From: a virus
Taxonomy: Duplodnaviria > Heunggongvirae > Uroviricota > Caudoviricetes
Direction: 5' to 3' (one strand)
Length of the DNA: 47,228 nucleotides
Virus record (IMG/VR): IMGVR_UViG_647533161_000007
The notes below the pieces were generated by a model. The model made no database searches. It saw only the letters and a list, made by a program, of their open reading frames with translations, and was not told where the DNA came from. A program made the position numbers and the translations under genes. The first letter of the stretch is position 1; each line of letters starts with the position of its first letter. Positions 1 through 13,572 of the stretch are shown here, piece after piece.

Positions 1-1284
1 TTACAGACTTCTTGAAGGTTGCGCAGCTGTTACAACACGCGGTTGATCTTCCGCGGCATCTTCCAGTGCACTTAAATCACGGTCTCTCACTTCTGGCATT
101 TTCAGCGCAGAGATTAAACCAATCACTGAATATGCCATGATCATAATGGCGATCGGATACCAGGATTCCGTCATGGTGCAGAAAATACCCGCCAGGATAG
201 GACCAAAACCGGAAGCGATAAGACCACCAATTTCTTTAGAAATCGCCATCCGGGTAAAGCGGTTTTTACAGCCGAACATTTCTGCCATGGTAATGTTTTC
301 CAGAGCAAATAATCCCAGCACCGCACAGTTATGAATCACAATCAGTGCAACCATAATGGTGCTCGGGGCATAGCTTTTATCTACGATGATAGAAAGCATT
401 GGCCACGCCAGCACAATCGCAGAGGTATTCATAATAATATACGGGATCCGGCGACCTATTTTATCGGATAACCAACCAAGGAACGGAATGGTCATAAAGC
501 CGAGAATCGAACTGATCATCAATGCATCTGTTGGAATTGCTTTGTTAAACAATAACGTCTGCACTAAATAGCCTGCAAGGAAAGTCTGAATTAAACCGGA
601 GTTACCAGCCTGACCAAAACGCAGCCCTGTTGCCAGCCAGAAGGATTTGCTCTGGAACATGCTACCAGCAGGTGCAGGTTTTGCTGTCGGTTGGTTGCTG
701 TCGTTAACCTTCTCAAAGACCGGGCTTTCTTTCAGATTCATACGCAACCAGATAGCAAAGACCATCACGACAACGCTCGCCAGGAACGGTATACGCCATC
801 CCCACGCAAGCAGTTCCTCTTTACTGAGAATGAAGAACATAAAGGCCCAGATTGCCGTTGCGCTCAAGGTTCCGCAGTTAGTCCCCATAGCAACAAATGA
901 GGAGATAATTCCGCGCTTACCTTTTGGTGCATATTCCGCCAGCATCGTGCCGGCACCGGAAATTTCCGCGCCTGCCCCCAGCCCCTGAATAATACGCAGC
1001 GTCACCAGCAAAATTGGCGCAAACACACCAATTTGTGCATAGGTCGGCAGCACACCAATTAAGGTAGTACAGATCCCCATCATAGTGATGGTAATAAAGA
1101 GCACTTTTTTACGCCCGATTCTGTCGCCCATTTTGCCGAAAATAAATGCTCCGACAATACGCGCCACATAACCTGCACCGTAGGTTCCCATTGCCAGAAT
1201 TAACGCCATTGCCGTTGATGATTCAGGAAAAAATATTTCATGAAACACTAACGCTGCGCCGAGCGAATATAACTGGAAATCCAT
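1..1284 (-). CDS. ydfJ: MFS transporter of the ProP/KgtP metabolite:H+ symporter family, apparently lacking ~30 N-terminal residues (start of TM1)
   Basis: 427-aa ORF with MFS signature GDRIGRKK after the second hydrophobic segment; N-terminus begins inside what is TM1 in KgtP-like proteins; stop codon at window position 1-3. Confidence 0.8.
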   Translation of the reverse strand: MDFQLYSLGAALVFHEIFFPESSTAMALILAMGTYGAGYVARIVGAFIFGKMGDRIGRKKVLFITITMMGICTTLIGVLPTYAQIGVFAPILLVTLRIIQGLGAGAEISGAGTMLAEYAPKGKRGIISSFVAMGTNCGTLSATAIWAFMFFILSKEELLAWGWRIPFLASVVVMVFAIWLRMNLKESPVFEKVNDSNQPTAKPAPAGSMFQSKSFWLATGLRFGQAGNSGLIQTFLAGYLVQTLLFNKAIPTDALMISSILGFMTIPFLGWLSDKIGRRIPYIIMNTSAIVLAWPMLSIIVDKSYAPSTIMVALIVIHNCAVLGLFALENITMAEMFGCKNRFTRMAISKEIGGLIASGFGPILAGIFCTMTESWYPIAIMIMAYSVIGLISALKMPEVRDRDLSALEDAAEDQPRVVTAAQPSRSL

Positions 1285-1529
1285 AATTCACAGGTGTTTT
1301 TTCCCATCCTGTGGTTTCCTTGGCGTTTTCTAGGTTTTTTCAGATAGTTGCATTTTTTAAAAAGCATCCTAAGTTCGATCTCAGTGTCTATCTGGGGCCT
1401 ATTTCTGTCCCATATATGCCCCAAAAAAACTCCCCAACAGATAAGTAGTTTTTTCATGGATTTATGCGTAAAATCAAGAACGGCTGGAAATCATTCAATA
1501 CTCACACTATCGAAAAATTTACCAGCCAA

Positions 1530-1568
1530 CCGCAGCACGTTCTTGCATAAGGCGTGTCTGCGGTTTTT
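1530..1568 (+). terminator. Orphan intrinsic terminator-like hairpin with T5 tail
   Basis: Stem ccgcag-cacg / cgtg-(t)-ctgcgg with 13-nt loop, followed by ttttt (1564-1568); no convincing upstream plus-strand CDS. Confidence 0.4.
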
Positions 1569-2069
1569 CAACTATTCAGATACATCACTCCCATCACATT
1601 CATTCCTCCGCATCAAAGGCATATAGGCTATATCACCTTGATATTTTTCTTCTTCAGATAAAAACTGTTATCTATGTATACTTTTAAACCCAATCCGTGT
1701 AGAGTCTCTGCATAAGATAGTTTGCAGTTGCCGCTTCAGCTTGCGCCATAAACCGCCTGATTTTTGCTGCCACCTGTTAGCATTCCTGTATACCTGAAAC
1801 GACAATGTTTATCTACGAACTTTAAGAACACCCAAGATAAAAATTGTCAACTATATCATATATAACACATTACTAATTCGAGGCTATATGAACAGCATAC
1901 TGATAATCACTTCTCTCCTTATCATATTCAGCATTTTTAGTCATGCCCTAATAAAATTAGGGATTGGCATATCCAATAACCCAGACAAAACCGATGTATA
2001 AGCCAACATATCCTGAATCAGACATACAATATCGCAATGAAAATCAATAATATTTTAAGGAATATCTTC

Positions 2070-2303
2070 ATGAAATCAAAAGACACCCTAAAGTGGTTCC
2101 CTGCGCAGCTTCCTGAAGTAAGAATTATCCTAGGGGATGCTGTAGTGGAAGTAGCAAAACAGGGAAGACCTATCAATACCAGAACATTGCTTGATTACAT
2201 TGAAGGAAACATAAAGAAAAAATCATGGCTGGATAACAAAGAATTATTACAAACAGCGATATCAGTTCTTAAAGACAACCAAAATTTAAATGGTAAAATG
2301 TAA
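2070..2303 (+). CDS. ydfK: YdfK-like small protein (77 aa)
   Basis: ORF 2037..2303; internal ATG at 2070 preceded by AAGGAA (2056-2061) gives 77 aa MKSKDTLKWFPAQLPEV..., matching recalled K-12 YdfK length and sequence. Confidence 0.7.
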   Translation: MKSKDTLKWFPAQLPEVRIILGDAVVEVAKQGRPINTRTLLDYIEGNIKKKSWLDNKELLQTAISVLKDNQNLNGKM

Positions 2304-2619
2304 TATAATAAACTTACTTTTTTATCATTTTTCCACTTTAACAACATTTTGCTCCACTTTTCCACGACCAAACAACTTGAAATCTGGTTAAAATAACACG
2401 CAACACTATTCTTCTTCCTTGAGTCCGCCCGGAACTCGAAAAACAAACCGAGTTAAAGCCATTTTTCACAAAATCGATTTTGGGTCTCACCAAAATTACG
2501 GGGTTGCATACGCATTCGTTTATTTTCGAACGTGTACATACAAATATGTACAAAAATAATCAAAATTATTTTCTGAGATGCATTATGATATGAACACCAA
2601 TTTCGTATAGAATCTCACT

Positions 2620-3210
2620 ATGTCTCGAATTTTTGCTTACTGTCGGATATCAACGCTGGATCAGACCACCGAAAATCAACGCCGGGAAATCGAAAGTGCA
2701 GGTTTTAAAATCAAACCTCAGCAAATAATCGAAGAACACATTAGCGGCTCAGCAGCAACCAGTGAGCGTCCTGGTTTTAACCGGTTGCTTGCTCGCCTGA
2801 AATGTGGTGATCAATTGATTGTGACAAAACTGGATCGCCTTGGTTGTAATGCAATGGATATCAGGAAAACAGTGGAACAACTGACCGAAACAGGTATCAG
2901 AGTGCATTGCTTAGCATTGGGGGGCATTGACCTGACCAGTCCAACAGGAAAAATGATGATGCAAGTAATTTCAGCAGTCGCTGAATTTGAACGAGACCTT
3001 TTACTTGAACGCACTCATTCCGGGATAGTAAGAGCCCGCGGCGCAGGGAAACGTTTTGGTCGACCACCTGTGTTAAATGAAGAACAGAAACAGGTGGTAT
3101 TCGAACGAATTAAGTCAGGTGTAAGTATAAGTGCCATTGCCCGGGAATTCAAAACCTCGCGGCAAACCATTTTAAGAGCCAAAGCAAAACTTCAGACACC
3201 TGACATATAA
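2620..3210 (+). CDS. pin: Serine recombinase, DNA invertase of the Pin/Gin/Hin family
   Basis: 196-aa ORF; N-terminal catalytic motif RISTLDQ (Ser nucleophile), resolvase fold, C-terminal HTH; located beside tfa/stf as in Qin and e14. Confidence 0.9.
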
Positions 3211-3307
3211 AAAATAATCTCGGTGTGAGATGCTTTACGTCTTCCAAGCCCCCTTCCTTGCCGTAAATGGAAAGATACATCTAATTATAGAATTTATATG
3301 TTTTACC

Positions 3308-3883
3308 CTACGGCAGTGCTGGCCATTCAATATCCTGTGCAGTTGACGTATCAACACGGTTCAGCAATACCCGATACTTTTTCCATGCTTCCAGCAACGA
3401 GATTTCTTCCTCCGTTGCAATTTCCAGATCTGCAGCATCCTGAAGCGGCGCAATATGCTCACTGGCTACCTGCATCAGGTTGTTTTTTGTTTCTTCCGCC
3501 TCCCGGATCCGGAACAGTTTTTCTGCTTCCGTATCCTTCACCCAGGCTGTGCCGTTCCACTTCTGAAACTCCCCTTCCGGGGATAACCAGGTGACATTTT
3601 CCGGTAATGGGCCAAGTTCAGAAATAAATAACGCGTCGCCGGAAGCCACGTCATAGACGGTTTTACCCCGATGATCTTCAACGAGATGCCACGATGCCTC
3701 ATCACTGTTGAAAACAGCCACGAAGCCAGCCGGAATATCTGGCGGTGCAATATCGGTACTGTTTGCTGGCAGACCTGTATGAGGCGGAATATATGCGTCA
3801 CCTTCACCAATAAATTCATTAGTTCCTGCCAGCAGATTATAAATTTTTATGGTCCGTGGTTGTTCACTCATTCTGAATGCCAT
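3308..3883 (-). CDS. tfa: Tail fibre assembly protein (Tfa)
   Basis: 191-aa ORF immediately downstream of stf with TAATG stop/start overlap at 3881-3885; typical Tfa size and position. Confidence 0.85.
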   Translation of the reverse strand: MAFRMSEQPRTIKIYNLLAGTNEFIGEGDAYIPPHTGLPANSTDIAPPDIPAGFVAVFNSDEASWHLVEDHRGKTVYDVASGDALFISELGPLPENVTWLSPEGEFQKWNGTAWVKDTEAEKLFRIREAEETKNNLMQVASEHIAPLQDAADLEIATEEEISLLEAWKKYRVLLNRVDTSTAQDIEWPALP

Positions 3884-6799
3884 TATGCAAGCCTCACAAT
3901 GTAGTTAAATGCGATGTTTTTGACAGTGTTTTCCGCGTTACCAGCAGCGTTAACGGTGATGGTGTGTCCATGTGAGCCAATCGCAACAGAGTGCGTATGA
4001 GCACCAATACCGACAGTATGTGCGTGAGCACCTGCAGATGCAGCTGTGCCGCTGACACTATGAGTGTGCGCTCCTGCAGCACTTGTATTCACACTGGCCG
4101 CAGACACTACCTTATGTACTGACCCATTTTGTGACCACTGGCTGACTGCTGATGCGCCTGTGACACTATGAGTATGGTTTCCGGCACTTGCGGCTGTACC
4201 GCTCACACTGTGCGTATGCGCCCCGGTGTTATTCGTGGATTTAGTGCCGTAATCAAACGACGATGTGGTTTTCGTCCCCAAATCCGTACTGGATGCACTG
4301 GCGCTGTGGGTGTGCGATTTAATGCCGTCCTGTTCCTGAGACAATACGGCCCGACCACTGGCAGGTTTGCCCTTAATCGTCCAGCCACGCATATCAGGGA
4401 TCACGCCTGACGGATAAGCGGTTGCAAGTTTCGGGTAAGCGGATTTGTCAAAAGTCTGCCCCTGCATCAGGGCATAACCAGACGGAACGGTATCTGATGG
4501 CCACGGGATTGGTGCGCCAGGCGGATAAAACTGCTCTGATGGCGTATAGAGTGAATAAACTGTACCGTCCGTTAACCCTTCCGGCTTATTAGCAGAATAT
4601 GCTGGTGACGTATGAATAGTCACGCTGGCATTACTGGTATAATCCCATTGAATATTTACACCAGTCGCATAATTTCCGATTGCAACGTAAATATCGTAAG
4701 TATCACCAGATGTATTGACCCAGGCAAAATTTGTAAACCCTGTCGATGTGCGCTGCCATAAAGCACCAGTAATCCCCTTCGGATTACCATTACCTGCACG
4801 CAAAACAAGTTCAGATATACCTGCCTGTTGAGGTGACCCCACGTTAAATCCCGCGCCACCAATCAACGTAATTGAAACAACAGAACTCGCCTGTGGCATG
4901 GTTACCGTTGCTAATTTGAACCAACCAGCACCACCGCTGAATGACATTGTTGTTGAGTTAAGCGTACCAATATCTTTCGGCGTCAGTGTTATATCCGCTG
5001 AAAGCGCCTTACCATTCACCTTACGGGCAGAAGGTACCCGACCATTCGCATTATCATTAGCTGCTTTCACTGCTTTCGGTGTCGCGGCAAGCGTTTCAGA
5101 TGCGCTGTTGGTTGCACTACTGAGCTGGACAATTCCTTTTTGTGCTGTCGTAGCGTCCTGAGCAGTATATTTCCCGTTAGCAAGGTCATAGGCTGCCTTT
5201 ACCGACTTTGGCGTTGCCGCCAGCATTTCAGATGTGCTGTTGGTCGCGCTGCTGAGCTGAACTATCCCTTTTTGTGCTGTCGTTGCATCCTGTGCGGTGT
5301 ATTTCCCGTTAGCCAGCTCATACGCGGCCTTAACGGCTTTTGGCGTTGCCGCCAGTGACTCGGAAGTGCTGTTAGTCGCACTGCTGAGCTGTACTATCCC
5401 CTTTTTCGTCGTGCTCGCATCCTCAAGCGCCACGGCGGATGCAATATCCTCTGCCCGTTTTGCCGCTGTCTCGGCGCGCGTTGCCGCGGATTCCGCCGTA
5501 CTTTTGCTCTGAGCTGCCGCCGTCGCACTGCCAGCTGCCTCTGTCGCCTTCGTGGATGCCGTCGTGGCGCTGCCCTTTGCTGCTGACGCCTGTCTGGTCG
5601 CCTCATCTTTTGAAGCAGACGCAGATGATGCCGATGACGCCGCCGAACTGGCGGACGATGCGGCAGCCGTTTTTGAGGATTCTGCGCTGGTTTCCGACGC
5701 TTTCGCGTTCGTCTCGGATGTCTTCGCTGCGGAAGCAGACCTCGCTGCTGCGCTGGCCTGTTCAGTGGCTTCGCCAGCCTTCGTTGTGGCTGTTGAAGCG
5801 GACGATGCGGCGCTTTCTGCCGATTTTCCGGCAGCGGTGGCACTGGCTGAGGCCTGCCCGGCACTTGTTGACGCGGCACTGGCAGACGACGCAGCCGCTG
5901 TTTTTGAGCCTGCCGCAGCTGAGGCGCTCTGTCCCGCTGCCGTCTCAGAAGACCTGGCGTTCGTCTCGGACGTTTTTGCCGCCTTCGCGGAATTTGCTGC
6001 CGCCGTTGCCGAGGAAGCTGCGCTACTGGCGCTCGAGGATGCGTTCGTTTCTGATGATTTTGCCGCCTCTTTTGAAGCCGACGCATCCCGGGCTGAGGTG
6101 GCAGCTTCTGACGCTTTCGTGGTCGCGGTGGATGCAGAAGTGGCGGCTGATTGTTGTGACGCTGCAGCATTCGTTTCTGACGTTTTCGCGGCAGCGGCAC
6201 TGGTAGCTGCCGCGCTTTTTTGAGGACTCTGCAGCGGCAGCACTTTTTTCCGCTTCAGTGGCCTTTGTTGATGCCGTTCCTGCGCTGGAAGACGCTGACT
6301 GAGCCGACGAAGCGGCCTGTCCGGCTGACGTGCTGGCTGCACGTGCTGAATCTGCAGCATCAGTCGCATGGGTTGCCGCCTCACGGGCAGATGTGCCGGC
6401 ATCACTGGCTGACTTCTTCGCGGCTGCCGTGTTCTGTGCCACCACGGACGCGTTACGCGCCACCTCTTCCACCATCTGTTCAAAACGGCGCAGTGCCTCC
6501 GGACGGGCATCATCCTCCGTCATGGCACCGAGAAAATCATTCAGCGTACCGGGTTGAGAATCTTCATACACGGTGATGGTCCCGGCATGTGACGGCGGGA
6601 ATCCTTCCACCAACAGAATAACGCTGTACTGCCCGTACTCAACGTCCATGCTGTAACGCCCGGCTTCATCCGGATTTTCTGAGGCCAGCGTGTTCACCAC
6701 CACCGTGGTGCTGTTACGTTTTGCTTTCAGCTGGATTGTGCAGTTCTGTACCGGTTTTCCTGTGCCGTCTTTCAGTACACCTGAAATCTTTACTGCCAT
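3883..6799 (-). pseudogene. stf: Side tail fibre (Stf), split by a +1 frameshift near 6217-6232
   Basis: N-terminal frame (ATG 6799; MAVKISGVLKDGTGKPVQNCTIQLKA...) and C-terminal frame (3883..6513, ending ...[22 protein letters not shown]) both resemble lambda Stf but are in different frames; switch maps to tcctcaaaaaagcgcggc (minus strand), plus-strand T6 at 6226-6231. Confidence 0.75.
5060..5455. repeat. Three tandem ~132-bp (44-aa) repeats inside stf
   Basis: Repeat landmark ctgagctg at 5120, 5252 and 5384 (period 132); protein repeat [41 protein letters not shown] x3. Confidence 0.8.
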
Positions 6800-6809
6800 A
6801 TTCACCCCA

Positions 6810-6837
6810 CAAAAAAGCCCGCCTGAACCGGCGGGCT
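6810..6837 (-). terminator. Intrinsic terminator downstream of lom
   Basis: Perfect 8-bp stem agcccgcc/ggcgggct (6816-6823, 6830-6837), 6-nt loop, then U6 on the minus strand (plus-strand A6 at 6811-6816). Confidence 0.55.
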
Positions 6838-6863
6838 GTCATAACACTGTGTTACCTGGCTAA

Positions 6864-7463
6864 TCAGAACTTATAACCGACACCCACGATGAAACCGTCA
6901 GTGCGCCAGTCGCCACTGCCGGAGCCTTCATAAGCAATATCAATGGCCACGGATTCGGTCGGGTTAAACTGCACGCCAGCTCCCCACGCCAGAGACGTGT
7001 TGCTGTGGCGACCGTCATCACTTCCGGTCAGCACGTCGTGCGTTTTCCCCTTGTTGTCAGTTACGCGGAGATAATCCCCGGAGAAAGTCGACACACGGCT
7101 GTAAGCCATACCCGCCATCGCATACGCGCTGAACCATTCATTCACGCGCACAGACGGCCCCACCATCACGCTGAACCAGCGGTTACGCACGGAATCTTCA
7201 TGCCAGCGGGTATCGCTGTAACGGGTAAGCTGGCGATTCTTGTCTCCTGCATAGCTGAATGACGTCACCAGCCCCAGTGTGTCCGTAAACTCATAACGGT
7301 ATTTCACGTTAATCCCGTTCAGATCATCACTGCCGGGAACGTTCGTCCGGGCATGAAGATACCCCGCGCTCAGCGTGGACTGATGTTCAGACGCCCATGC
7401 AGGCGCACCGGATACGGCCAGACAAATGGCTGCGGACAAAATGGCGGCATAAAGTTTACGCAT
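6864..7463 (-). CDS. lom: Lom-like outer membrane beta-barrel protein (Ail/Lom/OmpX family)
   Basis: 199-aa ORF with signal peptide and C-terminal ...GYKF; located between J and stf as in lambda. Confidence 0.85.
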
Positions 7464-7487
7464 AATTACCTCTCGCTTTTCTGCAAT

Positions 7488-7511
7488 AAAAAAGGCGTCA
7501 TTTCTGACGCC
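7488..7511 (-). terminator. Intrinsic terminator-like hairpin between J and lom
   Basis: 7-bp stem ggcgtca/tgacgcc (7494-7500, 7505-7511), loop tttc, U6 on the minus strand (plus A6 7488-7493). Confidence 0.5.
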
Positions 7512-7529
7512 CGTTCTGGGTTATAAAAT

Positions 7530-11180
<3,651 letters not shown>

Positions 11181-11240
11181 TCCTCACGCTCCATAAACGA
11201 TAAAACCGCCCGGAGGCGGTTTCACATAAAACATTTTGCA

Positions 11241-11888
11241 TCAGCGACCAATCACCACAACCTGACCACCATCCCCTTCGTCTGCCGTGCTGATCTCCTG
11301 AGAAACCACACGTGACCCCACGCGCATTTCACCGTACAGAACAGGCAGAACATTGCCCTGGGCAACCATGTTATCCAGTGAGGAGAAATAGGTGTTCTGT
11401 TTGCCGTTATCTGTACTGGCTGCCGTGGGCGTCCTGGCTTTCGGTGCCAGCATCTGCGCCACTCCGCCCAGGATCATACTGGCCCCTGCCGCATACATGC
11501 CCGATACAGCCGCGGCCCCCAGCCAGCCCACAGGGTTCCACCATGCCACCGCAATCAGCGCCGCCCCAAGCACCACCTGAAACACACCGCCACTTTTAGC
11601 TCCCGCCAGACGCGGCACGATGTGGATCACGGCACCATTTGCCAGCGGCTCATTAAGACGGGCAGATAATTCATTTTCGCCTGCATCACGCCCGGCAATG
11701 CGCACCTGATACCAGCCCTCATTCAGTTTCTGACGAAACACCGGGAGCTGTGTGGCCAGTGCCCGGATGGCTTCAGCCCCCGTTTTCACACGAAGGTCGA
11801 TACGGCGACCAAATCGTTGCAAATCCCCGTAAAGGCAGATGCGTGCCATGCCCGGTGACGCCAGAGGGAGTGTGTGCGTCGCTGCCAT
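11241..11888 (-). CDS. I: Tail assembly protein I
   Basis: 215-aa ORF (ATG at 11886-11888) resembling lambda gpI, Gly/Ala-rich hydrophobic C-terminal half; position between K and J. Confidence 0.8.
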   Translation of the reverse strand: MAATHTLPLASPGMARICLYGDLQRFGRRIDLRVKTGAEAIRALATQLPVFRQKLNEGWYQVRIAGRDAGENELSARLNEPLANGAVIHIVPRLAGAKSGGVFQVVLGAALIAVAWWNPVGWLGAAAVSGMYAAGASMILGGVAQMLAPKARTPTAASTDNGKQNTYFSSLDNMVAQGNVLPVLYGEMRVGSRVVSQEISTADEGDGGQVVVIGR

Positions 11889-12529
11889 TTGTCGGTGTAC
11901 CTCTCTCGTTTACTCAGTTGTTCAGGAATATGGTGCAGCAGCTCGCCGTCGCCACAGTAAATGGCGGCATGATTCGGCACCGATGAACCAAAACAGCACA
12001 GCAGCACATCGCCCGGCTGGGCCGCTGACAACGGCACCTGATACAACCCCGTTGCCTCCATATTATCCAGATAGAGATTCTGGCCGTGACGCCACCAGTC
12101 ATCCCCGCGATGAAAATCCGGCATCTCAATTCCCGCCAGATGGTAAGCGTCCCGGAACAGCGTGTAACAGTCCGTCACCCCGTGCTCAAAGCGCCGCCCG
12201 GTGAGATGCGGCACACAGCGGAATTTATGAATCGCCCCCCGGCAGACCAGCCACCACGGCAAATCACTCTGCACCTGCAGCCGCCGGTCGGCCTCACTCA
12301 GCCAGGGCAGACCACCGGGGTGGCTGTGGACCAGCGCCACAATCTCTCCCTGCATTTCTGCACTCAGCCAGTCCTCCGGCGACATCCGGAAATACGCCTC
12401 CGGCTCACCAGAGATATTCACGCAGGGAAAATATCTTTCCCCCTCCGGTGTTCTCACCACGAAGCCGCACGACTCCGCTGGCGCACATCGCCGGGCGTGC
12501 GCCAGAATCGCTGATTCTGTCTCTGTCAT
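11786..12529 (-). CDS. K: Tail assembly protein K (JAMM/MPN plus NlpC/P60-like)
   Basis: Resembles lambda gpK; HSHP motif (JAMM-like); first ATG at 12527-12529 (track start 12538 is GTG). Confidence 0.85.
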   Translation of the reverse strand: MTETESAILAHARRCAPAESCGFVVRTPEGERYFPCVNISGEPEAYFRMSPEDWLSAEMQGEIVALVHSHPGGLPWLSEADRRLQVQSDLPWWLVCRGAIHKFRCVPHLTGRRFEHGVTDCYTLFRDAYHLAGIEMPDFHRGDDWWRHGQNLYLDNMEATGLYQVPLSAAQPGDVLLCCFGSSVPNHAAIYCGDGELLHHIPEQLSKRERYTDKWQRRTHSLWRHRAWHASAFTGICNDLVAVSTFV

Positions 12530-12534
12530 GGGAT

Positions 12535-13233
12535 TCACTGCGAAAGTTTGTTAATGGAAAGGAAGCCGCCAAAGTTGCCGACGTTATTGCGAAACTTACA
12601 GCCGCTCAGGCATTTGCTGCATTTATCCTTCGTGATATCGGACGTCGGCTGATCATATTCATCCGCGACCGCCGGACCGTGATAACCGCACTCGTCACCG
12701 CGATAGGTCCAGGTGCAGGTGTTGGCCAGCATGATGCGCCCCGGAAAAACGGCACCGTCCGTTTCCGTCGGCGTGGACAGTACAAAAGAGGCACTCACCG
12801 CGCTCAGTTCGCTGCACTGCTCGATGCGCCAGCGGCTGATCACCTCCTGCTCAGGATCGGCGTCACTGTTTCCGTTGACGAAGTTCACCGCATCCAGAAA
12901 ACGGGCGTAAACCTTACGCCTGACCACCGTTCCGCCGACCAGACTCTGCAGATCTTCCGCCATCCCGGTGACCATGCCGTGCAGGTTAGAAACCGTCAGT
13001 GTCGGACGGGCAGCACTGCCCTTGCCATTCAGTTCAAATCCCGTCCCCTGAATGGGGTATGCCTGATACTGCCGCCCCTGCCAGGTAACCGGCTCACCTT
13101 TTTCGTTCTGCTCATTACAGAAAAAATAACGTTCACCACCGACCTCTGTCAGATCGATTTCCCAGAGCACCACCTGGGCTGACTGAGTGAGGCGTGTCGT
13201 CTCATGATGTGTTTCCTGTGGAATATCCTGCAT
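12535..13233 (-). CDS. L: Minor tail protein L
   Basis: 232-aa ORF resembling lambda gpL, Cys cluster near C-terminus; ATG at 13231-13233. Confidence 0.85.
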   Translation of the reverse strand: MQDIPQETHHETTRLTQSAQVVLWEIDLTEVGGERYFFCNEQNEKGEPVTWQGRQYQAYPIQGTGFELNGKGSAARPTLTVSNLHGMVTGMAEDLQSLVGGTVVRRKVYARFLDAVNFVNGNSDADPEQEVISRWRIEQCSELSAVSASFVLSTPTETDGAVFPGRIMLANTCTWTYRGDECGYHGPAVADEYDQPTSDITKDKCSKCLSGCKFRNNVGNFGGFLSINKLSQ

Positions 13234-13242
13234 CAGAGCCTC

Positions 13243-13572
13243 CTATGCCACGACCTGTTCAAAATCTGCCGTTATGGTTACCCACAACGCCCCCACGCTT
13301 GCCGACCATTTACGACAAACCACCCTGATCGGCTTCCAGTCATAAGGTGGCGTCCACTGAAATGCGCGGACGCCACCGTGCCGTTCCAGAAAGGCTTTTA
13401 AAGATGGGTGTTCACATTTACGAACACGTATCGTCACGCTGTAAGTCGACAACTGGTTATTCAGTCCCGCCGCACGACGCTGTTCATAACCATCGCCAAG
13501 CTTCACTGTCACCACTTTCGGCTCTGATACCACATTCATATCCGGGCGCACTTTCCAGTGAAACGTCTCCAT
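13243..13572 (-). CDS. M: Minor tail protein M
   Basis: 109-aa ORF resembling lambda gpM; TAATG overlap with the H stop at 13570-13574. Confidence 0.85.
   Translation of the reverse strand: METFHWKVRPDMNVVSEPKVVTVKLGDGYEQRRAAGLNNQLSTYSVTIRVRKCEHPSLKAFLERHGGVRAFQWTPPYDWKPIRVVCRKWSASVGALWVTITADFEQVVA

Noticed and set aside
1348-1626. 92-aa plus-strand ORF in the ydfJ-ydfK spacer
   Set aside because: It reads straight through the terminator hairpin at 1530..1568 and has no SD.
2438-2463. Possible gix/hix-like invertase crossover site containing AAACCGAG
   Set aside because: Only the 8-bp core matches the Gin/Hin site consensus; flanking half-sites do not, and no inverted partner was found.
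5394-6223. Long Arg-rich and Ala/Asp-rich ORFs (268, 255 and 223 aa) overlapping stf on both strands
   Set aside because: They are alternative-frame readings of the GC-rich, repetitive Ala/Ser-coding stf sequence; extreme composition and no start signals.
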